From Raja brachyura (Eukaryota), in NCBI GenBank assembly GCA_963514005.1, contig OY740814.1, forward strand, positions 2,356,001 to 2,420,000: a stretch of DNA of 64,000 nt. The letters run 5' to 3'. Made by a program: the position numbers and the translations under genes. This document shows, piece after piece, positions 49,491 to 62,065 of this stretch; positions within the stretch are counted from its first letter, which is position 1, and the number at the start of each line of letters is the position of its first letter. Under the pieces are notes generated by a model. It searched no databases. It was not told the origin of the DNA and was given only the letters and a program-made list of their open reading frames with translations.

Positions 49491-50533
49491 GACTTGTCAA
49501 AGTCAAAAGAGTTTATTGTCATGTGTCCCTGACAGGACAATGAAAATCTTTCTTTGCATAACACAACAGAACATAGTAGGCATTGACTACAATTATATAC
49601 ATAAATACACACATGAATGAATAAATTGATAAAGTGCAAATAACAGATGGAGGGGTATTAATGTTCAGAGTTTTGTCCGAGCCAAGTTTAATAGCCTGAT
49701 GGCTGTGGGGACTTGTGAATGGGTGATTGATGGACTCGGTATCAATCAATCAACCAATTGCTCAGTCTCTTGAAGCTTTATCTGAGAAGTCATTAATTCC
49801 AAACTTGCCTGTGATATCTGTCCCACTGCCACAGGGAGCTCTGATGACATTGAGGAGGCGTACATTTCTTTTAAGGCAACTTTCACTCACAATTGCATTT
49901 AACACAGTTTAACAATCTAACCTCTCTTGGGAAATTAGAAATACTTGGCAGGAAGGAATGCAGATGCCAGTTTACACCAAAGTTAGACACAAAATGATGG
50001 AGTAACTCAGAGGGACCGGCAGCATCACTGAAGAGAAGGAATGGGTGATGTTTCTGGTCGAGACCCTTCTTCAGACTGAGAGTCGTGGAGAGGGAGACAG
50101 AGATAAGTCCTCTTAGTTATTGCAGTTGGTAGAAGGTTGTTTTCATTTTGTCAAAGTGTCTTAACTAGTTGTAACTTGTTTCTGTGCGTTCTTCCCAACT
50201 AGTGGAAAAAGGAAAACAGCCGGGCGAGATTTATATTGCGTAATATGAAGATCTAATGGATTGTTCCTTAAGAATAATGTTTACTCGGGTAAAATGGTTG
50301 GTTTGAGTGTGTGCGTTCTGCCAACAATGAGAAAGGAGGAGCAGTTTAGACAGCGGGTGGTGCCGCATAGTACCGAGGTCACAGTGGACACCGGGGCTCT
50401 GCTACTCTCCCTCTCCCCCCTCCTCACGACCCGACGGTCCACCTGTCACTACTGGCACTCGTGGAATAGGCAACCTTAGTAAACTCGCACTGACCCTATG
50501 TGGTCTCGTGTCAGAGTTTCCCACTTGGTTTCA

Positions 50534-50852
50534 GCACGGAGCTCCCTCCCCTGTGGTCTTTGCACGGAGCTCCCTCCCCTGTGGTCTTTGCACGGAGCTC
50601 CCTCCCCTGTGGTCTTTGCGCGGAGCTCCCTCCCCTGTGGTCTTTGCGCGGAGCTCCCTCCCCTGTGGTCTTTGCACGGAGCTCCCTCCCCCGTGGTCTC
50701 TGCACGGAGCTCCCTCCCCCGTGGTCTCTGCACGGAGCTCCCCCCCGTGGTCTCTGCACGGAGCTCCCCCCCATGGCCTTTGCATGGAGCTCCCCCGTGG
50801 TCTCTGCAAAGAGCTCCCTCCCCCGTGGTCTCAGCACGGAGCTCCCTCTGTG
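50534..50852. repeat. 28-bp GC-rich minisatellite (~11-12 units)
   Basis: Unit GCACGGAGCTCCCTCCCCTGTGGTCTTT (starts 50534, 50562, ...). Confidence 0.95.
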
Positions 50853-50859
50853 GCATAGT

Positions 50860-51147
50860 ATAGTTTAGAGATACATCGTGAGACAGGCCCTTCAGCCCAC
50901 CGGGTCCGCACTGATCAGCGATCCACACACAATAACACTACCCTATACACACTAGGGACAATTTATATTTATATCGTCAATTAATCTGCAAACATGCACG
51001 TCTTCGGGATGTGGGAGGAAACCTGCGAAAACCCATGCAGTCACGGGGAGTACGTACAAACTCCGTACAGACCGTGCCCGTAGTCAGGATCGAACCCGGG
51101 TCTCTGGCGCGGTGAGGCAGCAACTCTACCGCTGCATCACCGTGCCG
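50860..51147 (-). mobile_element. HE1 SINE full length
   Basis: Consensus similarity. Confidence 0.9.
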
Positions 51148-51379
51148 TATCAGAGCACCCCGTGGTCTCCAGGTCAAACAGTAAATTCTCACGTTCAAAG
51201 TAAAACTTCTGCTTCCGATTTACGTAACATCTGATTAACCCAGGGGTCCGTGGGACGTAAGCCCTTGTGTAAGTCGGGGAGTGTCTGTCTATTCATTTGA
51301 TGCAAAAAAAAAGCACAAGATGATATCTCTAAATGAAAGTTTCCCAATATTTGCAATAACCTCCCCCAACCTCTCGTCT

Positions 51380-51770
51380 GATGAATTGATGCGGGTATGT
51401 ATAGTTCCTTTTTGTTTATCTACAGATTAGATTATTTTCCAAATTTAAATGAATTAGTCAATAAACAAATGACAGCGTGTCGGGGAGTTAATTTGGATGT
51501 CGTGTATCCAAGAGTTATTTGATAAGTAATTACACACTGATTAAATGATCCAGTAATTTGCCACAAGTTCCACGTAATAAACTTCCCATCTTAATTTCTC
51601 TAATGACAGGCCATTAGCAGTCTCCCAGAAATAGTTTGTTGTTGACAGGGTTATTACTGCATTGGGTAGAAGGAGCTTGATCTGGAGTTCATTAACAATG
51701 TTTACATAATTAATAAGCTTTATTAACATACTTTGGAATTGGCATCATAAAACAGTATGATCATTCAGTC
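51380..51770. promoter_or_regulatory. Candidate conserved non-coding element/enhancer
   Basis: Repeat-free; TAAACA/TGTTTAC (Fox), TGACAG x3 (Meis), AACAAT (Sox), TAATTA. Confidence 0.35.
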
Positions 51771-51846
51771 AGTCCGCTATTTAACTTCAATGCACCGAAG
51801 AAGTTTAGGGGAGGCACAGTGGCGCAGCGGTAGAGTTGCTGCCTTA

Positions 51847-52126
51847 TGCCCCTGTCCCACTTGGGAAACCTGAACGGAAACCTCTGGAGACTTTGCGCCC
51901 CACCCAAGGTTTCCGTGTGGTTCCCGGAGGTTTTTGTCCTCCGGCAACCACCTTCAACTAGCATCGCAACTGGCTTTGACTAAAAAAATTACCGATTTTT
52001 AAAATGGAAACTACTTTCGACCATTAGGGAGACTGACAAAAACCTCCCGGAACCGCAAGGAAACCTTGGGTGGGGCGCAAAGTCTCCAGAGGTTTCCGTT
52101 CAGGTTTCCTAAGTGGGACAGGGGCA
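51847..52126. mobile_element. Harbinger-type MITE (family C) inserted in an HE1 SINE (51808-52220)
   Basis: ~95-bp TIRs TGCCCCTGTCCCACTT...; TTA TSD; the SINE sequence resumes exactly after the element. Confidence 0.92.
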
Positions 52127-52224
52127 TTACAGTGCCAGAGAACCGGGTCCGATCCTGACTACAAGTGCTGTCTGTACGGAGTTTGTATGTTCTCCCTGTA
52201 ACTGCGTGGGTTTTCTCTGAGTAC

Positions 52225-52390
52225 TGTATAGTCCGATTAAAGATAGTCCAAGGGTCTCCAATGAGGGAGGTCAGGACTGCTCTCTTGTTGGTGAGAGGAT
52301 GGTTTAGTTGCTTGATAACAGCTGGGAAGAAACTGTACCTGAATCTGGAGGTGTGCGGTTTCACACTTCTGCACCTCTTGCCCGATGGGA
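52225..52390 (-). mobile_element. Rex1/Babar LINE ORF C-terminus
   Basis: 'PLPSGKRCRSVKPHTSRFRYSFFPAVIKQLN'. Confidence 0.8.
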
Positions 52391-52879
52391 GAGGGGGAAG
52401 AGGGAGTGGCAGTACTCTAACCATATAAACTCCAAAGGATATAGACCCACTATTATCTGCCATTCTTGGGTTCCCACAATTTGCTGGTTTGGATTTACCA
52501 CAACCCAACCTCCACAGCCCAATACACCCTTGCAGGTACAAGAACAACATTTCATCACCAATGTGCTTTATGAAGCAATGTGACGCTGAGAACTAAGTGT
52601 CAAGAGTAAACCACTGGGGAAACTTAATGACATCCTCAATTACCACTGAATTTTGTAATCTCCGTCTGATATTTCCTCACACACTTGCTCCTCTCACCAG
52701 CCTCGGACTCTACCATGGAACGTTTCCAATACACTTACAGAACTGTATCTGTGCCTGGGATGTCAAACCAACCCGTCCTTCTCTCAGAGTTACTTCAGCA
52801 AACTACAGGTGTGCTGGGTAATAAACGTCAAATTGTATCGTATATATTCTCCGTCTCTCTCTGTCTCACTCTGTCTCTG

Positions 52880-53069
52880 GAGTTAAGTCAATGGAAAGGC
52901 AATGGGGAACAAGATGCTATTTTCTGAGTATGAAAATGGCCATAACCTTTTTAATACTGAAGATATGAAAGTGAATTAGGTGTCAAATGAAACTTCTTTT
53001 AATGCTTTATCTGATGGGATAAATTGCAGACTTGAGTTTTTAAAATCTCAAAATTTTGTAACATTGCTA
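52880..53069 (+). mobile_element. Right end of the TAG-TIR element seen at 4318-5375
   Basis: Near-identical to 5188-5375. Confidence 0.85.
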
Positions 53070-53804
53070 CTCACAGCGCCTAAGACCCGGGTTCGATCCT
53101 GACTACGGGTGCTGTCTGTATGGAGTTTGTACGTTCTCCCTGTGACCGCGTGGGTTTTCTCCGGGTGCACTGGTTTCATTCCACATTGTAAAGATGTAGG
53201 ATTCTGTAAATTGCCCCTTGTGTGTAGGATAGAACTAGCGTCCAGGTGATTGTTGGTCAGTGTGGATTTGGTGGGCTGAAGGGATGAGATACTCCATCGA
53301 AGTGCTTTAGATGAAATTTCACACCAAAGTTCCTTTTGCTATCTCACAGAATCCCACAGATATATTTTGGAAAAGTGCATGGATGTTATCCTCAGTGTCC
53401 TGGTGAATTTCCCCAACAACAAAGTTTTAAGCAAAAATTGTTGGATCATTGATCATGTGGGCCTTTAGTCAGTTCATCTCATGTTTGTTGCCTGACACAT
53501 CTCTTTCACAAGTACACTTGCTAGAGTTGAAATGTCTTAATTAGCTGTCAAACACTTTGCTCTCAAAAGACAGTTGAGAAATACAGGTTTTTCCATTTCA
53601 GTCCTATCGCTAGTTACTCTAAAAATAAACAAATTAAACAAACATAAAGGCAAGCAGAAAAAAAACTACAGGTGGTGAAAATCTGAAATAAAAACAGCAC
53701 ATCCTGGAAGCAAAGATTGACACGGAGTGCTGGAGTAACTCGGTGAGTCCGGCAGCATCTCTGGAGAAATAGGATGGGTGATGTTTCAGGTTAGGACCCT
53801 TCTA

Positions 53805-54025
53805 CAGAGAGTGGTGAATCTGTGGAATTCTCTGCCACAGAAGGTAGTTGAGGCCAGTTCCTTGGCTATATTTAAGAGGGAGTTAGATGTGGCCCTTGTG
53901 GCTAAAGGGATCAGGGGGTATGGAGAGAAGGCAGGTACGGGGTACTGAGTTGGATGATCATATTGAATGGCGGTGCAGGTTCGAAGGGCCAAATGGCCTG
54001 CTCCTGCACCTATTTTCTATGTTTC
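53805..54025 (+). mobile_element. CR1/HER1 3' end
   Basis: TTTCTATG tail subfamily. Confidence 0.85.
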
Positions 54026-54229
54026 TTCAGACTTTCTGCAGAACAGGCAGCATCTGGGGAGAGGAACAGAGTGACTTTTATTAAAGGGGGAAAAAAACTG
54101 GGAGGTCAAATGAGTTTGAGGCGAGAAGATGGAAAGAGATAAAAAATAAAGTCTACTGTACATGGCTGTGTAATTCCAGCATTTTTATTTTGATTAAATA
54201 ATTGAAAAGAATGCGCAAAGTTCTCAGCT

Positions 54230-54466
54230 AGCTCACAGCTAGCAATGGCCTTTGTCATTGTTACTTTTTTGCATATCTTTCATTCATTTGTTCTACATCA
54301 CCGTCTATATCTCTCCTTTCCCCCGACTCTCAGTCTGAAGAAGGGTCTCGACCCGAAACGTCACCCATTCCTTCTTTCCAGAGATGCTGCCTGACCAGCT
54401 GAGTTACTCCAGCATTTTGTGTCTATCTTCGGTTTAAACTGGCATCTGCAGTTCTTTCCTACACAC
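54230..54466 (+). mobile_element. PLE pseudo-LTR with intact hammerhead core (54335-54362)
   Basis: CTGAAGAAGGGTCTCGACCCGAAACGTC. Confidence 0.85.
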
Positions 54467-55012
54467 ACTGCTTAAGTGCAATTGAATGATGTTCCAATAT
54501 TAAAATTAAAGGATTTAAGCATCAGGTGAGTTAAAATTAAATTAAATAGTGTATTGCTATTTAAGAATCCCAATCAGTATTATGAGGATTTAATAGGTTT
54601 ATCACCACTTTGAAGGAGAAATCCAATGGAAGGAACACAGTAATAAAATGATTTTTTTCTTTTTGATTAGAAAAACAAGAAAGGCCCTAGTTCTTATTAG
54701 ATTGTAAAATCTCAATTCACATTTGCTGTTTATTGCAATCATATTATTTTTGAAGGACTTTTGTTAAAGAAGCACTTCTGGTCATTTAAAAAATGGGATC
54801 AAAGTAGAATTGTTGTAGAAGGGATGGTTGGCATGGACATGTGTAGGAAGGAACTGCAGATGCTGGTTTAAACCAAAGATAGACACAAAAAGCTGTGGTA
54901 ACTGAGCGGGACAGGCAGCATCTCTGGAGAGAAGGACTGGGTGGCGTTTCGGGTCGAGACCCTTCTTCAGACAGAGTCGGGGGAAAGGAGAGATATAGAC
55001 AGTGATGTACAG

Positions 55013-55900
55013 CAGTGCTTCTTAAACTATTTCAGTGTCATTCACCCTCGAGTCTTTATCACAAAATTTCATTCACCCTCGAGTGAATTTTCTGATGTTT
55101 TTTTTGGTAATTTTCATCTTATTCTCCCTTGTGTATAATTTTATATATAATTTATTTTGTCACATGAGCAAAAAAGATAAATTAACTCATTTCGTAAGTG
55201 TTTATTTTATTAAACTTTTTGAATATCCTAAAAATATGTAAAGAAAGCTAAGAGTGAAAAAAAAAAGTTTAATTGCCACTGGAGTTGGAATATCATTCTA
55301 TTAGAATGATTTTTTAAAAAACCATCCCAACGTCTAAACACTGGGCTCCAGCCCCATCAACCCCTTTTGGGCTTTGATTACTGCAGTTTTTTTCTTGGAA
55401 GACTAGCTCAAAAAGCCATGGACTATGTGGTTTTATATGTTAGTATCCAACTAATATAACTTTCTATAACTCTCCCCGACCAAAGCTCATAATACCACCA
55501 AGTATCAACTTTGGTAGCTAAATTGCTACACAAAATAAAGTTACAGTTCAACAGTTGCCTACGGCGACCCTCCAGTGTTGCCTTTTATAAATTTATGATC
55601 CCAATAGCTCCTCTGGTCTTCCCTAAAAGGTTATTTTACGGTAAATTTGGGAAATATCCAGCTACTTGGAAATTAGAAAACCATAGGTAGAGAGAAAAAA
55701 AACATATTAAATTTCCAGCTCCACTGCCATTAAAACCAATAAGAGCTTACTAACCTCTTTAAAGGCAATGCCCTTTTTCAGTATAGAAAAAAATATATAA
55801 ATATCTGAATAAATCAAGTAATTCACTCGTCGAGTTTCATTCACCCGCAAATAATTTCAACCTCCCTTGGGTGAACCATTTACCAGTTTAAGAAGCACTG
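55013..55900. mobile_element. Non-autonomous hAT (Charlie-like) element
   Basis: Perfect 16-bp TIR CAGTGCTTCTTAAACT; 8-bp TSD-like ATGTACAG / CTGTAGAG; subterminal ATTCACCC repeats. Confidence 0.88.
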
Positions 55901-55907
55901 CTGTAGA

Positions 55908-56155
55908 GAGATTAGATTAGATTCAACTTTATTGTCATTGCACATAGTACAAGTACAGGACAACAAAATGCAGTTTTGCATCTAACCCGGGTGCAAAGTA
56001 GTAAAGTGCTGATTAAGACAATATATACAAATGGGGATATATTGGTGTATGTACTCAGGCATATGCAGATAGTTGTTAAGGTGCAAAAGATTGACATGTG
56101 CTATATTCTGGTGAATAAGAGTTTAACTATAAATTATATAAATTATAAATAAGGG
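55908..56155 (-). mobile_element. LINE 3' end with AATAAA and (CTAAT)n tail (Rex/L2-like)
   Basis: ATTAGATTAGATTCAACTTTATTGTCATTG at the left end. Confidence 0.6.
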
Positions 56156-56369
56156 GGGGGGCTAGATGTAGTACAAATGAACAAAAGATATGCAAAAAAG
56201 TAACGATGATAAAGGAAACGAGCCATTGTTAGCTGTGGACTTGGTGAAAACGAGTTACAGACAATGAGACTCAACAAGACGACTTTGAAGTGAGTATCAC
56301 GACTGGGGGGGGGGGGGTTACTTGAAGTTGGAGAAATCAATATTCATACTGCTGGGTTGCAAGCTGCCT

Positions 56370-56770
56370 TTTATTGTACTTCTGTTCACCCCCATTACAG
56401 GGAGGATGGGGCAGTTTACAGCAGGGTGGAGAGGAGGTTTACCAGAATGGTGCCAGGATTAGAGGGAGAGGTTGGCTAGACTTGAATTGTTTTGTCTGGG
56501 ACATTGGAGGTTGAGGGAAGACGATAGAAGTTTATACAATTATGAAAGGCACAGATAGGGTAGACAGTCAGAGCCTTTTTTTCCCAGGGTGGAGATGTCC
56601 AACGCTAGAGGGCATAGCTGTAAGGTGAGAGGGGGAAAGTTTAATAGAGATGTGTGGGGCCTGGGACTACTGCCAGGGGTGGTGGTGGAGGTAGATACAA
56701 TAGTGGTGTTTAAGAGGCTTTTGGATAGGCACATGGATGTGCAGGGAATGGAGGGATATGGATCATGTAC
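56370..56770 (+). mobile_element. CR1 ORF2 3' fragment
   Basis: 'SNARGHSCKVRGGKF...VFKRLLDRHM'. Confidence 0.8.
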
Positions 56771-57094
56771 ATGCACCTCTTTTCCAGCTATTCCCCGGCT
56801 CCAGTCACTGCAAAAAATGGTCCTGACCCAAAACTACAAACGCATATCCCATGCTCAGATGCTGCCTGACCTGCTGAGTTTCTCCAGCACTTTGTTTTTC
56901 GCTTAAGATTCCAGCATCTGTAGTTTCTGGTTTCTTTTATAAGTTCAAGTGGGTTTTGCGTGGAACTTTACAGGGAAAAAAACCATGAGATTCATTTAAT
57001 TTAGCTTCATGATCGGCATCAACATTGTGGGCCGAAGGGCCTGTTCCTGTGCTGTACTGTTCTATGTTCTATATTAAAATTTCACTGCTACATT

Positions 57095-57378
57095 AACTTC
57101 AGAATTAATGGACTATCTTTTTGGAAGGAGATGAGGAGGATTTTCTTCAGCCAGAGCGTGGTGAATCTGTGAATTCTTTGCCACAGATGGCTGTGGAGGC
57201 CAAGACAGTGGATATTTTTATGGGAGAGATAGATAGATTCTTGATCAGTACGGGTGTCGGGTTATGGGGGGAAGGCAGGAGAATGGGGCTCGGAGGGAAA
57301 GATAGGTCAGCCATGAATGAATGGCGGGGCAGACAGGAAGGCCCGAATGGCCTAATTCTGTTCCTATCACTTATGACC
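57095..57378 (+). mobile_element. CR1/HER1 3' end
   Basis: Shared terminus. Confidence 0.85.
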
Positions 57379-57749
57379 TTGTGACATGATGTGAGTCAGT
57401 GAGAAAATTAGTTCGGTGTAGGAAGTGAAAAATAAATAACTCTGAATGCAAGACTGAAATAATTCGCCATGTCTTACAGACTTGTAAAGGTAGAGTACAA
57501 CCTGTTTGTTAAATGTTAATCCTTTAATTGTCTCGGCCACTATTGTTAACTTCTTAAAAGGATTCTGGAAAACACACACGCCAGTATTTCATTGGCTTCC
57601 CAATGCAGCTTCCAGTTTATGCTGGCAGTAATTGCTGCTACATTCGTCAATGCCTCAATCATGTTCATACATGAACTTGAACTGAAATCTTGCACTGATA
57701 TTTCGCAACTTGGCCAGTATTGACAATGTTAAGTACTGAAACAAATCTC

Positions 57750-59400
57750 GGGTGGCACGGTGGTGCAGTGGTAGAGTTGCTGCCTCACATCGACAGGGAC
57801 CCGGGTTTGATCCTGACCTCGGTTGCTGTCTGTACAGAGTTTGTACGTTCTCCCTGTGACTGTGGGTTTTCTCTGGGATCTCCGGTTTCCTCCCACACTC
57901 CAAAGATGTGCAGGTTTGTTGGTTAATTGCCTTCTGTAAATTGTTCCTAGGATAGAACTAGTGTATGGGTGATCGCTGGTCGATGGACTAGAGGGGCCAA
58001 ACGGCCTGTTTCCACGCTGTATCTCTAAAATTACAGCTAAAACTCTGGAGTAAACTTAATTCACAAAGAAGAATTCAGAGCAACAAATCCAATCATCATT
58101 CTATTACCTTTATCAGGGATAGGTTTGATCTATAATATCTTTGGTAGTCAGGTTTAGTTTAGTATGGAGATACAGCAAGGGAACAGCCCTTTGGCCCACC
58201 AGGTCCATGCTGGCCATCGATCATCCATACATCAGTTCTATGTCCTACATGCTTGGGGCAATTTACAGAAGCCAATTAACCTGCAAACCTGAAATGTGCT
58301 GGAGTTACTGAACAGGTCAGGCAGCATCTCTGGAAAATGGGACAGGTGACGTTTCGGGTCCGAACCATTCCAGTGCAACCTACTAACCTGCCCCTGATTG
58401 GGGTGAGGGAGGAAACTGGACCATCTAGAGAAAACCCACGTAGTCACTGCGAGGACATCCAAACTCCTGGTGCCAGGATCAAACCTGGATCTCTTGTGCT
58501 GTGAAGCAGCAACTTTACCGCTGTGCCAAATGGATTATTCCTGCATTAAAATGATACTGATTACAAAACAGATCATAGTGCACTGCAACAGGCCCATCCG
58601 CCCAATACATCCATGCTAACCATTAACTAGCATGAAGGCATGGTGGCGCAGTGGTAGAGCTACTGCCTTCCAGCACCAGACACCCACGATCGATCCTGGC
58701 TATGGGTGCTGTCAGTATGGAGTTTCACGTTCTCCCTGTGACCTGCGTGGGTTTTCTCTGAGAGCTTCGGTTTCCACCGACATTCCAAAGACGTACAGGT
58801 TTGTAGGTTAATTGGCTTGGTATGAAATGTAAAATTGTCCCCAGTGTGTGTAGGGTAGTGTTAATGTGCGGGGATCGCTAGTCGGTGTGGACTCAGTGTG
58901 CCGAAGAGCCTGTCTCTTAACTAAACTAAATTAAACTAACCTATTAATATTAATTTGCTTACCCAGCAGTGGGTCTGTAGCCTTCTACGCTTTGGTGATT
59001 GATGCTTATCTAGGTATTTCTGAAATGTTGGGAGAATCTCCTTCCTCAGGCAATGCATTCCAGATTCTACCTGCCCTCCGAGTGACCAAGTGACAGCACG
59101 GTGGCGCAGCGGTAGAGTTGCTGCCTTACCGCGAATGTAGCGCCGTAGCCCGGGTTTGATCCTGACTACAGCCGCTGTCTGTACGGAGTTTGCACGTTCT
59201 CCCCGTGACCTGCGTGGATTTTCTCAGAGATCTTCGGTTTCCTCCCACATTCCAAAGACGTGTAGGTTTATTGGCTTGGTAAATGTAAAAAATGTCCCCA
59301 GTGGGACTAGGGTAGTGTTAATGTGCGGGGATCACTGGTCAGCACGGACCCGGTGGGCCGAAGGGCCTGTTTCCGCGCTGTATCTTGACACTAAACTAAA
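57750..59400. mobile_element. Cluster of four HE1 SINEs (57750-58030 +, 58152-58527 -, 58638-58940 +, 59095-59400 +)
   Basis: Consensus similarity; the minus copy contains a PLE fragment at 58292-58370. Confidence 0.85.
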
Positions 59401-61454
59401 AATGCTTTCTCCAAGCCTCCGAGATTACTCCACATCTCTTAGCCCCGAGCCTACGCTCATCTATTTTCTCGAGTTGTTTACAGCTCTGCTGTGGCCAAAA
59501 ATGTCACCCTGTACCTCTCATAAGTTTGTATATGATGAATTTAGGAATATATAATCACAATGTACATAAACAAACATCTTTACAAAAAATTGTATTTAAT
59601 ATAGTTTGGACTATTTTACGGTGTTAAATCTATTAATGCTTATTCGATGGAACACATCCATTCTCTTGAATCAACCTCACTAGTTTTCTCTCTGCTACCT
59701 AGCAGGGGTCTGTCTGTAGCAGAGGATCCAAAATGTAGCCACAAAAAGCTGGAGTAACTCAGCGGGACAGGCAGCATCTCTGGAGAGAAGGAATGGGTGA
59801 GGTTTCGGGTCGAGACCCTTCTTCCTTGCCTCACATTCAACATGTAGCCATGGGTTAGACCACATAGTGGCTGATTAATTTAGCTGATTGTGTTCACTTC
59901 AGTTAACTCAGTAATGCAAGTAACGGATAAAGATGTTTGTCTGCTGAAAGGAATTCTAAAACTGATAACATTTTGGGGAAAAACATGCGGGTGCCGAAGA
60001 AATGTTCATATTCTTATCTCCAAATCTCTGCTTTTTGCATATCTTCCATTCATTGTTTTTTATCAGTCTACATCATCGGCTATATCACTCATTTCCCGTA
60101 TCCCTGACCAGTCTGAAGTAGGGTCTTGAACCGAAACGTCACCCATTCCTTCTCTCCAGAGATGCTTCCCGTCCCGCTGAGTTACTCCAGTTTTTTGTCT
60201 CTCTATTCTGTTTCAACAAGCTCCTGCAGTTCCTTCCTACACCTATTGCATGCTTTGTCAAGCCTCTTCTCTCTCCCACCTTTCTTTCCCTCTCTCCCCC
60301 ACCTCCCACGCACGCACACACACACAATCTGTCGGAAGAAGGGTCCCAACATATCCATGTTCTCCAGAGAAGCTGCCTGTGTTACTCCAACACTTTCTGC
60401 ATGTAACATCAGACTCTGACCATGTGTCTGTGCACAATCTGAGAGCAGGTCCATATACACAGACGGAAACTTGCTGATGTGCCTGAATCTGAGGCTGGGT
60501 CAGAGTGAATCTATCAGAGTACCTTATTCAAAGATTGTGATCATATATGTACCTGAAGGCAAGCAAGTTTGTGGGTTAATTGGCTCCTGTAACTTGCCCC
60601 GAGTGTGTAGGACATAGAACTGGTGTCTGGTTGATCGATAGTTGGCATGAACTCAGGGGGCTGAAGCGCCTGTTTTTACACTGCATATCTAAAACTAAAA
60701 CCAAAACCAGGTTTGTGGAGCACATTCTGAGACCGGAACTCTTAGAAAAAAACTGTAAAGTCGTTTTAATTTTGTTTTAGAAATACAGCGTGGAAACTGG
60801 CCCTTCGGCCCACCGAGTCCACACCGACCAGCGATCTCCGCACACTAACACTATCCTTTGGTGAGAAAATGTTAAAACCTTATCACACATTAAACCAGTT
60901 CAGGACCTGGCTCCCTCTCGAGGGTTAGCCAAGGAGCAAAGCAGCTGAAAGTACAAGCATACGCACTTTGATACTTTTAAGCTTCATGCTTTAAAACAAA
61001 AGAATGCCGAAAATTATTGGTTAGGAAGAGGCAAACATGCAAATGTCCCCCCGCCAACCAAAACATCAACTGGAGTCGTTCCCACATTCCACTTCAGATC
61101 TGTGATAGCACTCACACTATAATGCCTGTTTATTCCACATTCCTAACCAATGTGTTCCACTTGACAACAATTAAAATATCCCCATCCAGGACCACCCTCC
61201 ACTTCAAACATTCCCTGCCACATATCTGGGATATATGGGTGCAGATTAAATTCTAACATGTTTTTGCAATGACTTGAAGAAGAACTCTTAATGGTGGCCA
61301 CCTTTACTGCAGTTGCCTTGTGACCTCCCTTCACTCTCTCCTGGGCTATTTCCCGAATCGATGATTCTGTCAAAGACTAGTTACATCCCACTGCTCTCCT
61401 CCAGATATTGTGGTGGGTTTAACTCACTCAGTCGCTCATTGAGTATCATCCCAA

Positions 61455-61803
61455 ATGGACACAAGGTCCTGGAGTAACTTACTAGGTCAGGCAGCATATG
61501 TGGAGAACGTGGATAGGTGACGTTTCAGGTCTCGACCCATCTACAGACCTTTCTTCAGACTATTCAGTTTGAATGAGGGTCTCGACTTGAAACGTCACCT
61601 GTTCATGTTCTGAAGAGATGCTGCCTGACCCGCTGAGTTACTCCAGTACTTCAACAACTGTGTACACACCCTTGTGCAGGAAGGAACAGCAGATGCTGGT
61701 TTACACCCTAGATAGACACAAAAAGCTGGAGTAGCTCAGCAGGACAGTCAGAATATTTGGAGAGAAGGAATGGGTGACATTTTGGGTCGAGACCCTTCTT
61801 CAC
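61455..61803. mobile_element. PLE pseudo-LTR fragments (inverted pair plus minus arm)
   Basis: Similarity to the other copies. Confidence 0.75.
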
Positions 61804-61887
61804 ATGTGACAAGTCACAGTCAAATTCTTTGGTATGCGAACAGTCACCACGTAGAGGGTGCTTACAAAGTACAAAGTACCCCCACAC

Positions 61888-62065
61888 CATAGAAACGTAG
61901 AAAATAGGTGCAGGAGTAGGCTGTTCGGCCCTTCGAGCCAGCACCGCCATTCAATATGATCATGGCTGATCATCCAAAATCAGTACCCCCCCCCCCCCCC
62001 CCCCCCCGTTCCTGCGTTCTCCCCATATCCCTTGATTCCGTTAGCCCGAAGAGCTAAATCTGACT
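61888..62065 (-). mobile_element. CR1/HER1 3' end with internal poly-C expansion
   Basis: Shared terminus; C-run at 61986-62007. Confidence 0.8.

Larger units (their letters stand above)
54840..56368 (-). mobile_element. PLE pseudo-LTR split by hAT MITE and LINE end
   Basis: Terminus 54840-55012; UTR and 'GSLQPSSMNIDFSNFK*' at 56165-56368. Confidence 0.8.

Noticed and set aside
50476-50928. ORFs open in all six frames
   Set aside because: Artefact of a stop-free 28-bp minisatellite.
52011-52550. 179-aa ORF, the longest in the window
   Set aside because: Chimera of Rex1 end, SINE and MITE sequence.
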